Assembly (NCBI GenBank): GCA_951406725.2
Contig: OX597814.1
Coordinates: 156,426,001-156,490,000 of the forward strand
Direction of reading: 5' to 3'
DNA from: Octopus vulgaris
Taxonomy: Eukaryota
DNA: 64,000 bases
Below are positions 1 through 13,760 of this stretch, piece by piece. Under the pieces are notes generated by a model that saw nothing but the letters and a program-made list of their open reading frames with translations, was not told the DNA's origin and did no database searches. Numbering within the stretch: the first letter of the stretch is position 1; each line of letters starts with the position of its first letter. Both the position numbers and the translations under genes were made by a program.

Positions 1-149
1 GATTGTGATAACATACGTCGTTGCAAGACAAGAAGCTGGGTGTCTACTATCACAGGTAGCAAGATTATCAAGAGAAATTCCATTGAACTTATTGCCTTAA
101 GTTGACGCCTGTAACCATTTTATAGACAGGACAAAATAGAAACCACTTG

Positions 150-2250
150 AGAAATTATATGAACGTGATGAAGAGCTACTTAAAAATAGAGTATCTTAAG
201 TACTTAAATTGCAACGTAAATTAAATGTACTGACAAACTACGTTCATTGGAAATATACTGCTCTCATTAGCAAAATGAACCAACACAAATGTACAGTATA
301 TAACATTATCAATATCTCTCTAGCTCTGCGCTTGAGGAAATTATCAAAAGCAAAGAAGTGCAACCACACCGAAAATGACGGCAATAATATGAAGATAGGA
401 TTGCTGCCATTTGAAAAACACGTGCTTACGGACGGGGAAGGAAAGATATAGTCAGCCAAAAGCAAAACCTATACAAAAAATTCAAAACACTTTTTCTTCA
501 AATCCACAAATCACTGAGTGAACGATTGAGTATAAAACGAGTTTTGAAAAAAACCACTCTGACTTGATGTTATCCATAATCAATCAAATTACTAAAAAAG
601 AACTATCAAAAGTTGAAGTTGATTGTTTTTGGACATCGATACCTTATTGTAGTGTGCTGCAATTATCATTAGCCAAAAGATAAGAGTAACAAAGATATTT
701 CGAAATGATAGCACACAAAGAAAATAGATCACTATTTTCTGAATGAAAATCGACAGACAGCAGAAAAAATTATCAGACAGTTGGAAACTATCATAAGATG
801 CAAAGTAACTAATAAATTCAAGAACACTAGTTGCATCATTATCATAAGCTATCCAAGATCTCCAGACGAGAGTCATTCCATAAAAGTAATTCGTAAAGCT
901 TTGTTATATCAGAAAATTACAAAAACATTGACCTATTAGTCGTAAGTTTGCATTAAACCCACAAACTTTATATATCGCAGCTTACAGGATCATATTATAA
1001 AGACTGACTGCAAATGCTCATCTCGGCATGATTGGATGCATTCTGAGTGAGATTTGGAAAGCAAATAGGCATAAACATTTCATCCTCTATGTAATATAGT
1101 TAAACGAGTTACGGAGTGAGTACCCTGTAAATATCTCTTCTAAAATCTATATCTATATTAATGTAAGTTCACTGAGAGTACTATGTCCTCTAAGTTGTGC
1201 ACTTGTGTGTACACATGTGTTTACAACTAGGAAAGAAAGTTTTTCAATGTGAATGAAATTTCTTCCTAATTGAAGAAATTTGAGCGATGAATATTCGCAT
1301 GAGTGCACACATAGTTTTCAAACAAAAACAATATTTGCACACAATGAGTTCTCAAAAGTGAACACGACAGCATACTGAAAACAAGTGAAGAACGCTAAAA
1401 GGTGTGGCTGTTTCGTACGACCCGTCACTCAATGTAGCTATTCAAGCAAAACCTTGAAGGAGAAGCTCTCGTCATATCAGGAGAAAATTAGGTGTGAGTA
1501 AATATCCGGCATGCTAGAGAATATATATGAAATCCATGAGTAACTTCTGGACATATGATCGATATAATATATGCCAAATAGAAGGCTACACATTCATTAA
1601 TCGTGTACAAGTAAGAGTCATTAAATGTCTAAGGTGTGAAAGGAAGGATTTTGCCCCAACCCACCATTTATGAAGGAAAATTTCGATGGAGTCATAACAT
1701 TGTGGAAGATATTCCTACATCATAACCAGCTGCACAACAATATCTGTAAGTAATACTTTCACATAATGCATAACATATTGTGTTGCGCAAACTGTTTATC
1801 CGTAAGATTCTTCTGTCTGTTAACCTGAACACACGTCAGAGCCAGAATGTAGCTACACTTTTTAAACTAAAGAATACTGGTAAAGTATTCGATTAAAGTG
1901 GTAATTCAATGTAAAGAGAGTAAGCGCAATATTGTGGTACGAGACAAGGATCAAAATCCATGCATTGTTGTATAGTTGTAGAGAAAAGGTGAATATCTCG
2001 TCTTGTGTATAAGAGAATACTTATGATAAACAAAAAGCAAAACCAACAGCTATCGTTTGTTGGTTGTAGATTTTCATACGTTCATATTATCAAAGGCGTA
2101 CCGCACTATATAACAAATTTACATAAAAGCTTGGAAATGCTGTTTTTTTTTTATGGAAGAACAAAGCAAACTGACTTTCACTCGCCAGTTATAATCTGTT
2201 ACGGACAGCTTAGCATAAACACTACCACTTTCTCCAGACCTATGAAGTAA
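150..2250 (+). mobile_element. Highly decayed RLE-type non-LTR retrotransposon (R4/Dong-like)
   Basis: Frameshifted remnants WTYDRYNICQIEGYTF (~1545), zinc-knuckle-like FRWSHNIVEDIP..IITSC..MHN (~1680-1775), NIVVRDKDQNPCIVV (~1930) and FSYVHIIKGVPHYITNLHKSLEML (2005 ORF) are colinear with the better copies at 7857-8270 and 14060-15990. The 5' boundary is approximate. Confidence 0.6.
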
Positions 2251-4896
2251 TTAAGTAAATTACTGTTGCAAAATATTCCAAAGATTTTCCTTTGCAATTT
2301 CTCAAAGTTAGCTTAAATACACATTAACATATATACATGCATGTGCAAATGCATGCATACATTTTGTGCACCATTACTTGTGTCCATCTGTATTTATAAA
2401 TAGACCCATATATATGCACACATTTATTCATTCATATATTTACAAATCTTTGAGACAATCTTAATTCTGATTAAGAGGTCTTGTCATTTTGTTAGTGTCC
2501 GGCTTGAATTCTGCAATGAAGAAGTGTAATTACCAAGAAAACATGCAAACATACATTCAGAAAGGCGATATCAGGTAGATTTTTCAGTTCAGAAAACACT
2601 ATCGCAAATTGAAGATAGCATAGCTTTAAATATTCGTCTTGGAATAATATCATTTTTCTCAGAGCAATTAGATTCTTGAAAAAAGCTAACAATGCTTTAA
2701 AAAGTATTATTAATTTTTAAGGGACCAATTCATTAGACCCCATTTTAAGATTCTATCACACACAGTAATTCGTCGTAAACGGATACCAAAATGAAGTGCC
2801 TACGTGGTTAAATAACTAGTTAGCAATAACAACAAAAATCTCCCTCAAATGATATCCTGTACATTTAGTCACTGATATACAAGAATGGAGATGATCATGG
2901 GCGAACGGTTTTGATCATACACCTGTCTGATAATAGGAAATATGCCGCAGAACAACAACTTCAAACGGTTTTTTCAACATACCTTACAAAAAACAAAAAA
3001 CATTTGGTAATCACTAGAAATTTTATTTTTAGATTTTTTTGCTTTCACTTTTGTGTTGATAATACAATTCTGATCAAGGATCCCTAACATTTTATGATCT
3101 CAGAATAATGCCTCAACATTACCATGACAACATTATTCATGCTAACGGAGCCTTTAGATATTTAAGCAAGTCTGTTTTCTTGCTCCATCAAGCAAATTAA
3201 GGAGTCCTAAACAGCTAGAAATACCAGATCACTGCCAAATGTATTATCCTGTTTTTAAATTTTCAGACTTTATTTGATGATCTGATGTATGGTATTCAAA
3301 AAGACGTAATGGTCGAAGCTGCACGCATTTCATTACAAGCCTGATCGATCAAAACTAGCTTCGCTGTAACAACTATAACACTTTATATTTGTTTACATTT
3401 GCTTAAAGATTTATCTGTCAGTTCTGCCAGTATCTGAAAGCCTATTTACACAGATGAGGTCAGACTAACACTGAAACATGTTTAGAATTGTTTTCTATCA
3501 TAAAATGAAAAATATATTAATTTTCAATTAATATAGGTTTCTCGATCACCACAAAATTATTTGAAACTACATTTTTCAAAATTAGTTGAAACTATTTTTG
3601 TCATTAACGTACTTAACATGTAGTGCACGTTTTTAAACTAGTATAAAAAAAGGAAGCATGGAGATAAAGGTCTTATTTGTTGTAAAACAAAAACAAAGCA
3701 TTTTCAGAATACCGTGAGCGACTCACTAAGCTTCGGATGAATATTGCATGAGAATTTTACAATTTTTAATTGGATTAGTCTGGAAGAAGGAGGTTGTACA
3801 AATGGCCTTTGCAGACCCTCTGAGACTTGAGAAAATGTGCAGTTTACGCCAAAATTTACACCATACGACTGCCGAATACGTCGATCAATAAAACAATAAA
3901 ACGCTTCATATCACAAGTCATCTTCTTCTGACAATATGAAAATCAGAAAACGTATGTTCTATGCCGAAAAACAAAAACAATATTATCAACAACAACAAAA
4001 AAGAAAAGAAAAAAAATGAAAATAAATTCCAGTAAAAAAAAGTCTTCTTTTTCTGTCTAGTTATGATAAGCTTTGATCTAATCCATTCTTCGAATAACTA
4101 ATTAAATACAGGCCAATCGATACTGACCCATCACAAAACAAAATAAAAGAAAAAGAAAAACGACAGGAGAGTTTTGTGTACACATATCTATACAACACAC
4201 ACATACACACGCAGCACACGTGCACTCACACACTTTCACACAGAGACACACACACATACACAAATGAAGATATTAGTTCGAGCGTATGCAAAATGTCTGC
4301 GTGTATATTGAAATTACGTGTGTATATATATTTTTTTTATTCTTGTTATTGTTTATTATTTATTGTCTGGGTGTTTATATGTTATATAAAACATCAATGC
4401 TGGAGCGGCAATGAAATGAGAATCAACACCAATTTGCGCCGTTGCTTTCCACATTATGAGAGGAAAAGATCAATGCTGGGGGTAAACAAAATAGAACCGA
4501 AACACAAGCTTCTGAATGGTGCTAATGAAGTAACGTCCACACATTATGTTATGGGCTGAGTTGACAAAAAAAATTGATAACAAGAAGCTGGAATGTATAT
4601 GTCAGTGATTTGATGTCAGTCATCCCAATAGACATTCTCTGGATTCGGTCTAGGTTGTGTGTATGCATAGAATTTATACAACCCCAGATGTGGGTTCAAT
4701 ACTTTGTTATGGTTCTCACATTAGCTTCGTAGAGTATTAAAAACGATCAAAGGTCCGTCTCGAGTCATTGGCTCATAAGGCCGGTTTGATGTATTATGTG
4801 ACGAATATATTCCCACCACATATGGGACACTGTAGCTGCTATATATTTTTACACATACGCATATGCATATATATGTCTAAGTGTTTGCATATATAT

Positions 4897-5075
4897 GAGG
4901 ACACATGGCCTGGTGGTTAGAGTGTTGCATCCATGATCGAGAGATTGTGGTTTCAATTCATAGACGGGTGGAGCAAAACACTTCATCTTACGTTACTCTG
5001 CGATCACTTCCACACCTAATGTCGATCGGTGAAAGCTGAACACTCATACTTCGTCTTCGAGGAGAAAGTTCATTA
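4897..5075 (+). mobile_element. Degenerate tRNA-derived SINE head (family C)
   Basis: A-box-like TGGCCTGGTGGTTAG and B-box-like GGTTTCAATTC followed by GAGCAAAACACTTCAT, as in the copy at 61340. Confidence 0.6.
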
Positions 5076-5108
5076 CATGTGTGTGTGTGTATGTGTGTGT
5101 GTGTGTGC

Positions 5109-5154
<46 letters not shown>

Positions 5155-5589
5155 TTTCAATGTCTAAGGATAACAAGGAAAAAATAAATAAATAGTTACC
5201 AGGCTAGCAAAAGTTCACGTAAGTTACAAAGATGTTGCAGCTTATAAAAGTATAAATTCTAGGGTTAAGTGAAATGTTTTTCGATAACATGAATAAATTA
5301 AGAAATGGTATCAAACGCAGGTGTTATTCAAATCATTTAAACTTCCATCGTATGTTTTGAGATTATTCCGGAGGGAATAAAAATGGTGTAAAACAGTGCA
5401 TTCATCCCCTCGGGGAAAAAGAAACAAAACACATCAATAAGCCATTTGAACCGAATGTGATTACCGCGTGCGTAAGCATATAATATAAGGAGAACGCTAG
5501 CAAGTTATTTAAGAAAACACGTTAGTAGATTTAACGTTTAAGGTAAATTAGAGAAAGAGGAGGAGAAAGAAAGAGATTAACAGCAAAAA

Positions 5590-5995
5590 CAAGAGTGGCT
5601 GTGTGGTAAGTAGCTTACTTAACAACCACATGGTACCGGGTTCAGTACCACTGCGTAGTACCTAGGACAAGTGTCTTCTATTATAGCCTCGGGCCGACCA
5701 AACCCTTGTGAGTGGATCTGGTAGACGGAAACTGAAAGAAGCTCGTCGTATATATGCATACATGTTTGCGTGTCTGTGTTTGTGTGTATATATGTTTGCG
5801 TGCCCACCAACATCGCTTGACAACCTATGGTGGTGTGTTTACGTCCCCGTAACTTGGCACTTCGGCAAAAGAGACCGATAGAATAAGTACTAGGCTTACA
5901 AAGACTAATTCTTGGGGTCGATTTGCTCGACTCAAGGCGGTGCTCTAGCATGCCACAGTCAAATGACTGAAATAATAGAGAGAGAAAGAAAAAGA
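5590..5995 (+). mobile_element. tRNA-derived SINE family A (CORE-like; octopus OR-type)
   Basis: Head GAGTGGCTGTGTGGTAAG..GGTTCAGT, CORE-like CCT(T)GGGCAAGTGTCTTC, internal (TG)n, tail GGCGGTGCTC..GCATG..CAGTCAAATGACTGAAA. Multiple copies in the window. Confidence 0.9.
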
Positions 5996-6137
5996 GAGTT
6001 GAAAAATATAATGTGATAGATAAATGGGAACAAAGTTTAAAAGCGTGGGAACAGATATATGTAGTGGAAATGAAATGTAAGAAGACAGTTAAAGCTCGAA
6101 CTTTATAAACTGGTAGAAATTACTAATAGGAAGTAAA

Positions 6138-6560
6138 GGCGCAGGAGTGGATGTGTGGTAAGTAGCTTGTTTACCAACCACATGGTTCCGGGTTCAGTCC
6201 TACTGTGTAGCACCTTGGGCAAGTGTTTTCTACTATAGCCTCGGACCGACCAAAGCCTTGTGAGTGGATTTGGTAGACGGAAACTGAAAGAAGCCTGTCG
6301 TATATATGTATATACATATATGTGTGTGTGTGTGTGTGTGTTTGTGTGTCTGTGTTTGTCCCCCTAGCATTGCTTGAAAACCGATGCTGGTGTGTTTATG
6401 TCCCCGTTACTTAGCGGTTCGGCAAAAGAGATCGATAGAATAAGTACTGGGCTTACAAAGAATAAGTCCCGGGGTCGAGTTGCTCGATTAAAGGCGGTGC
6501 TCCAGCATGGCCGCAGTCAAATGACTGAAACAAGTAAAAGAGAGTAAAAAAGAGAGTAAA
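6138..6560 (+). mobile_element. SINE family A, full length
   Basis: Same head, core and tail as 5590 with (AGAGTAAA)n end; AGTAAAGG at both junctions is consistent with a target-site duplication. Confidence 0.95.
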
Positions 6561-7270
6561 GGGAGTATGTGTTTGCCAATATTTACAGCGATAAACGCGT
6601 TCTTTAATGATGAAAAGGATGAAAAATAGCTCTTCATTACAGAGCGGACAAAAAGATTTACCTTTGCCAAATGGGAGAGACCTAAATAGAATTTTCCATC
6701 TTTAAAGAACGCGTTTATCGTTGTAAACATTGGCAAAAGCGTACCTTTTCTTCCTATAAGTGATTTCTACCAATCTATAAAATTGGAGCTTTAACTGTCT
6801 TCTTACATTTCATTTCCACTACATATATCTATTCCCACGCTTTTAAACTTTATACCCATTCATTTATCACATTAAATTTTTCCATTATTAATTTTTCTGT
6901 TAATTTCTTTCTTTCTCCTCATCTTTCTCTAACTTACCTTTTACGTTAAATCTATTAACGTTTTAAAAACAAAATAACTTGCTAGCGTTCTCCTTACATC
7001 ATATACTTACGTACGTAGTAATCATATTCGGTTAAAATGGCTTATTGATGTGTTTTGCTTCCTTTTTCCTGACGAGATGATTGCATTGTTTTACATCATT
7101 TTGATCCTCTCCAGAATAATTTCAATGTTTTTTTCGAATATATGTTGGAAGTATAAATGATTTGAATAACACCTGCTTTTGACTCCATTTCTTAACTTAT
7201 CCATATATATAATGGACTCCCCCCTCTAAGACAAAATACGGGTGTAACCGGCTTAGGGTGAAAAGGATAA

Positions 7271-7301
<31 letters not shown>

Positions 7302-7489
7302 GTCAGTGTAACACGGTATCAGAGTTGGTATGATATTGAATGATTATTCATATGAAAAGTAGTGGGTACTAAACCCAGAATATCGATATATCTTCTGATA
7401 CAAGTTATAATCTGTTCATTCAATTTTATGTTGCTCCAACTTGTTAATATGTTTACATGTAAAAATATAAGCATAACTATATACATATG

Positions 7490-7609
7490 TATGCCATTGT
7501 TCAGTGTTATTTTAAGATTTCTTGCCAATAGAGAAAGAACCGTTTTCTAAGCTAGATCCAAGGTTCCTTCACTGGAATTTCAACATCAACAACAGGGTAC
7601 TTTTGTTTG

Positions 7610-7641
<32 letters not shown>

Positions 7642-7695
7642 TGTATGTATGTATGTATGTATGTATGTATGTATGTATGTATGTATGCATGTATG

Positions 7696-7753
<58 letters not shown>

Positions 7754-8272
7754 GATATATGTGTATATATATATATATATATATGCAGATTTCTGTTTTG
7801 CTTTAGGTCGATATGCTCATGCATATAGTTGCATATCTAGACATGCACATATATATTTAAATGCTAAACCTCTGGAAAGTTTTACAGATTTTTACGGTTC
7901 CAGTGATGGATTGGATCTGTAGTCTTCCAATTAGCTTTCTTCTTTCTGGTTTTAAGAAGCCTAATTTATCAAGATTGGTATTAAGGCAGTGTGTTACATA
8001 TCTCAGTATCCGAATAATTACAGGTATAAACCTGAACTTGGACTCTGGATAGAGTAAACGCAGATTTCTCAACAGTTCAGCGTAAATATTCTCTTTTTCA
8101 CCGATCTTCAGCTTTATTTTAACACCCGCTGGGAAGCTAATCTCCACAACGGTACACAGATTCTCTTCTCTATCCCAAATCATTATATCAAGTCTTGGTG
8201 TGCTTCCATTTTATTGAGGTCTTCACTGAGACCTTCCACCAGTATTCCTTTTTATCTTGAGTGGCTATGGCT
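7490..8272 (-). mobile_element. 5'-truncated RLE-type LINE (R4/Dong-like): endonuclease C-terminus plus 3' UTR
   Basis: EYWWKVSVKTSIK..(P)D(I)MIWDREENLCTVVEISFP..EKENIYAELLRNL..FIPVII matches a PD-(D/E)xK restriction-like endonuclease. The 3' UTR contains a (CATA)n/(TA)n tract. Confidence 0.85.
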
Positions 8273-8944
8273 ATATATGTATTTATATGTGTGTGTGCGT
8301 GTGTGTGTGTGTGAGTATGTTATATGTGTGTATGTATGTGTACGATGGATATATGCCCTTCAGGATATACCTTAACAGAGTGTGCACTACTCCCAATCTA
8401 GAATATGATTAAAAAGCTTTTAACTACAGATCTCAAATATTAAAGTATATAATCCATTGAAATACAAAACAAAACCTCAATCTAAATTCACGATAAATAC
8501 TTTTTAAAAGATTTCATCAAATAGATTTCTTTGTATTCATCATAGTATTCGTTGAAGCCTTTTCTATAGTAATTCACTTTACCTATAGTTATGTTCCATA
8601 AAAACTTCATTTTAGGTGTATTTATATAGATTATAAATAAATATATACGTGTGTGTATGTTCCTGTTTATGTATGCATGCATATATGTATGTTTGAACGT
8701 ATGCATGTGTGTGTATATGCATAAAAAATTCAAAGTCGTAGAGTTGTTAAATAGAGTTGTTGGAATAAAAGGTATAATATAAGGGAGTTAAAAGTTGCGC
8801 ATAAAGTCCCTTTTAATTGTTTCTAGAAGAACTATGCAAATGACGTATATTTCATGAAACGTCTTTAGAGTGGAATAATTAAGGAATACCCATTATCACA
8901 ACTATATTCATTACCGACAGACGCAGTTATTAATATCGAGAAAT

Positions 8945-9506
8945 AATATTTAACCCCTCTTGAAAGAGGATGTTCTGTTAGAACAATCTTTATTGCGGTA
9001 GATACTATGACAGAAACTCTCATATGAGCTTTTGGTGCAAAATGCACGCTTCTTTATATTGCTAGCGGGAAGATAAATCCCAGCGACTATATATATATAT
9101 ATATACACATATATACATACATACATACATATTCGAGAAGATCACTGGCTAAATGTAATGCCAGTTCCTGCTTTGTCACTGATCTTCTACATAAATGGCG
9201 GTGCCCCAGCATGGCCACAGCTCGTGAGCTGAAACTAGATAAAATAAAAAATAAAAAAAATAAAAAATAAAATATCGCTGGAGGGGAGGGGAGTCGCTGC
9301 AATCTCTATCAGTCGAGCGTCGATGACACCAAGGAAGATCGAAATCACGTGACCTGGTGATCTGGTCTTGGTGCTGGAGTTGGTGGGATTTATCTCCCCG
9401 TTAGCAATATGAATAAGCGTGCATTTTGCACCAAAAGCCTATAAAAAGCCTATAGCAATAAATTTTGTTCTACAAGAACATCCATGTTTAAGTGAGAAGA
9501 AATATT
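8945..9506. mobile_element. Foldback/MITE-like element with ~140 bp inverted arms, interrupted by a microsatellite and a LINE tail
   Basis: TTTTGGTGCAAAATGCACGCTT..GATAAATCCCA (9030-9082) is inverted at 9385-9436; a central palindrome CACCAAG..GATC..TCACGTGA..GATC..CTTGGTG lies at ~9327-9374; related sequence occurs at ~21172-21220. Confidence 0.7.
9133..9272 (+). mobile_element. 3' tail fragment of a CR1-like LINE
   Basis: GGCGGTGCCCCAGCATGGCCACAGCTCGTGAGCTGAAACTAG followed by (ATAAAA)n; homologous to the tail after the CR1-like ORF at 18115-18165. Confidence 0.7.
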
Positions 9507-9637
9507 ACCCATCCTTTATTAGAGATATTCCTTAATTCTTCCTCCCTAACGACAGATAGTTAGCTTTTATATGGAAATCTTTGATCGATGAGATAGACAC
9601 CATTTACACAGCTATTCTAGAAACAGATTTGAAGGAC

Positions 9638-9680
<43 letters not shown>

Positions 9681-9681
9681 A

Positions 9682-11351
9682 CTAGCAGTATCGCCCGGCG
9701 TTGCTCGGGTTTGTTTCGACCCGCTGGAATTGTAATTTTGAAAAGTAAAAATTTTGTGAACATTTTTCTGGTCGAAATACACCGAAAAGTGGCGACACAG
9801 CAGTGAAAAAAATCGTAAAAAATAGGGATTTTCATAGAAAAAAGCATCTTTTTGATGTAAATAATTTTTGGTGTTAACATGGTCCGATTTGAATTTTATG
9901 TTCTACGGAAGGAAGAGCAACCCTTCTTCTACCATACTCTCAATTTTGATCAACTTGCGCCGCAGGGTCTCGGAGGAGATAGTGTTAATTGAAGGTTACC
10001 ATTCTAAGTGCCTGAGTAACAACCTCGCGGATTTACAGATAAATGAATTAATTACTATTTTACAGAATAAAATTAAATAATTCTTGAAAATTAATTAATA
10101 TTAATATTTTTTGAACAAAGTAAATAATTTTTAAAACTTAAATAATAATTTTTTTTACACAAACGCGAACGGGGAAAAGTGGGTGGCGAATTCGATTTAC
10201 ATACCTAATTTTTTTCTTTTTCATGACATTGTAGCAAAATAGTAGTGAATTATATAAATACCAGCAGTACATTTTTTTTTCTGGGGTATTTTTTTCAACC
10301 TCGTCACATATTTGCCCCTTTCAATTTAAACAAAGTCTTAATTAAGCAATTACGGCAGCTTAGCAATGGTTTCAATACAGGCGTGACATCTGTATCTCAA
10401 TTGTTCAAAACCCTTCGAATTTTTTCGCACGTGATGATATCATAGTGAAAACTTTCAATTACGCGCGCTTAGAAGTACGCTCGCAAATTAATACTACCAA
10501 AATTTTGAAGTTCGCGCTCCGCTTGTGTGTGTGTGTGTGTGCGTGCTTTAGGTGTACGTAGGTATGTGTTTTTGTGTGTGTGTGTCACTGAAGCCATACA
10601 TACATATATACATACATAACCTCTCTCTCTCTTTTCTCTCTCAGTCACTCACTACAAAAAGTGAATAAAAAAAGTTCAGTTATTTCTGTCTTTCACTCTG
10701 TCTGTCTCTTTACACACACTAACAAAAGCACTTCACTTACACACCACACTTTCTGTGTCGCACAACCCATCAAACACACACACACACACACACACACACT
10801 CACGCACGCACACATGTACATCAATGCTTTCGGAGTGAAATGTTAAAATATTGAGTTTTCTCGAATTTTGTCTTAATTGGGGGTGAAATTGAAAGAAATA
10901 TATTATGGCATGACCGAATGGAGTACTTTGAAAAATCTTAGGTAAACTCTAATTGAAGAAATTGTGTGAGGAGTAAATCGTTATGTATTTATTTGTTTCT
11001 GTTTGCTGTGTTTTTTTTATTTTTTGAGTAGTGGTTTAAATACTTTCAGTTTAGTCTTCCTCAAATCACTCTGTCGCTATTTACTTTCATTTTATTCGTT
11101 GCACACTGTGTGTGTGCGTGTGCGTGTGGTGTAAACCACATTAAGAAAAGCATTTGACATACACACCAGAATGTGAGTTTTCTGTAAATTTTGCTTAATT
11201 GGAGTTTAAATTTTAAAAACTGGACCTGGCATGACCCGATGCATTCTACTCTTAAAAATGCTAGGTAAATTGTAATTGAAGAAATCCTATATTGTAGATT
11301 TATATAAGTTACAAAGGGAGGCAGATAAAATCTGCCTTTTATAATAAGAGA
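9682..11351 (-). mobile_element. Complete non-autonomous Helitron (~1.67 kb)
   Basis: The minus strand begins A|TCTCTTATTATAAAAGG and ends with hairpin CCCGAGCAACGCCGGG, a short spacer and CTAG|T: TC start, CTRR end, AT target, no TSD, no Rep/helicase ORF. Confidence 0.85.
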
Positions 11352-11380
11352 TATGTGTATAAATATATATATATATATAC

Positions 11381-11413
<33 letters not shown>

Positions 11414-11514
11414 TGTATGTATGTATGTATGTATGTATGTGTGTGTGTATGTGTATGTATGTATGTATGTATGTATGTATGTATGTATGTATGTATGTAT
11501 GTATGTATGTATAA

Positions 11515-11812
11515 ATGGGTAAAGACTCCCTTCGGTCACGAAAAATCAGGAGATTACGCCTGAAAGTTTTCCTCCCGAGGCACAAATCCGGGGAAGGTTG
11601 TTTGTGGAAGATCAGCAGTCATCCATGCATACCAGTCCAGTCTTTCTTCTTCAAACCATTGATATTGTCACCAGCTTGGCACCTGTCAAGTCGCAACTCA
11701 TTTCTACAGCTGAGTGAACTGGAGGTACGTGAAATAAAGAACACAACACATAGCCCGAACTCACAACCATACGATTGTGAGCCCGACGACCTAACCACTG
11801 ATCCATGTGTCT
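11515..11812 (-). mobile_element. tRNA-derived SINE (family C variant), internally deleted
   Basis: Minus strand head ATGGATCAGTGGTTAG..GAGTTCGG, body TTTCACGT..CCAGTTCACTCAGCTG and tail ..CCGAAGGGAGTCT into (CATA)n; the tail recurs at 54405-54540. Confidence 0.7.
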
Positions 11813-13048
11813 TCACACACACACACATACACACACACACATATATATGCACACACACATATAAGTATACATGTATATATATTATGTATATGCATTTGTA
11901 CACATATATTACTTTTAATCATTCTTTTAGTCATATTTCCTTTTATATTTATATTTAGTTTGCAGCAATTGTGCTTCTAAATTTATTAGTCCTTTAACAT
12001 TTCAAATCTTTCACGAAATTATCATAAAATAAAATTATGGCAATATGCTTTGCAGCAGGTCGCAAAGAATCAGAGAAATACAGTTACAAATGATGAGATC
12101 AATGCCAGATGTAACAATTACAAAACAGTAAAGACTTGGCTGATGTTATTATTTTACTTGAGTCGTAGTATCAATGGCGATGTTTCTCGGAATACCTGGA
12201 ACATCTTACGAGTCAGCCACATAATCCTGATTATTTAATTTGAATAACTACATTGGTTCTTAGAACAAAGCATTTCGTTTGCTTCAGTGAAGTGACAAAT
12301 AGCTGAACCACACGTTCTTTTACAACAGGCTTTATGGATAAAGTTATCGTCATATTATTAATATCCATCAGAAAGAGAAGACGATTTACTCAAACATCAG
12401 TTGTTGATTCTTTCATTTCAAAAGACACAAGACTTAATCGCCGAGCTTATATAGAATAGATTTTGAATTCATACCCATTGTACTTACGAGTAATATTAAA
12501 AAACAATGTTTGATTTTTCTTTCGAAATATCATTAACCAATGTATGTTATTAAACAAACTATTGCTTATGCAATAGCACGCAATATTCTTTGTGAAGGAA
12601 AAGTGGACCACGACACAGGAAAACAGACAAATGTTAACAGCAATAATTTTCTATAATTTATCAAGAGAGGGCGAGGTACCTACAGTGTGTATAAATGCAT
12701 ATAGACAGCGATTTCCGTGTCTATTCAAGAATCTCAGATGAAAAAAATATTTTAATGTATGATATACATCCGAACCAAAGTTACTTTCGATATGCTATAT
12801 TTTATCCAAATGGTGAATCTTGCTGCCCACATGATTTGGAAGTTGCTGAAAGAAAAATAAAAGATAATAGCTGAAATGTGTTTACACTATAGCAACAAAA
12901 AGAATGGCAAACTGCAGCAAGATATGAATTTAATCCTTCTATGCATAGTGGTAGTCTATATTCACAGAGGCAGTATAAAGACATCTGCAGCTAATCATTA
13001 CCGGCTATAGCATACTTAACCAAAGGCGGTGAATACACACCTATCGCA

Positions 13049-13426
<378 letters not shown>

Positions 13427-13494
13427 CATACATACATATAAATATAAAGCGAGAGAGTGAGAGAGAAAATATAAGATTATATATATATTTTTTT

Positions 13495-13701
13495 TTTATT
13501 TTACTTGCTTCCGTCATTAGACAGTGGCCATACTGGGACAGCGCCTTGAACCCAGTACTTAGTCTCTTGCTCTCTTTTTGCCGAAATGCTAAGTTACCAA
13601 ACCGTAACCAAACTAAAACCAATTGTCATGTTGGTGGGAGGGGGCAAGCATAAAGACAAAGGAACACACACACACACACGCGCACATATGTAATGATAGA
13701 C

Positions 13702-13760
<59 letters not shown>

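Larger units (their letters stand above)
5289..7204. repeat. Large diverged palindrome (arms ~500 bp, loop ~70 bp) whose left arm is split by two SINEs
   Basis: 5289-5588 is the reverse complement of ~6890-7204, ~6000-6137 of ~6743-6885, and 6571-6616 of ~6691-6738. Confidence 0.9.

Noticed and set aside
3709-3900. Terminal exon YRERLTKLRMNIA* with tandem AATAAA
   Set aside because: The polypyrimidine tract is poor and the peptide very short; chance occurrence is likely in AT-rich DNA.
6138-6210. tRNA genes at SINE heads
   Set aside because: A and B boxes are present but there is no complete cloverleaf, and they run directly into SINE bodies.
7530-7580. Hammerhead-like string in the RLE LINE 3' UTR (GTGAAGG-AACCT..AGCTT-AGAAAACGGT, minus strand)
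   Set aside because: There is no stem I and several core mismatches.
12785-12845. Minus-strand exon after a good acceptor (TTTTATTTTTCTTTCAG)
   Set aside because: The donor is weak, the peptide is unrecognisable and no compatible neighbouring exon was found; it cannot be supported without RNA data.
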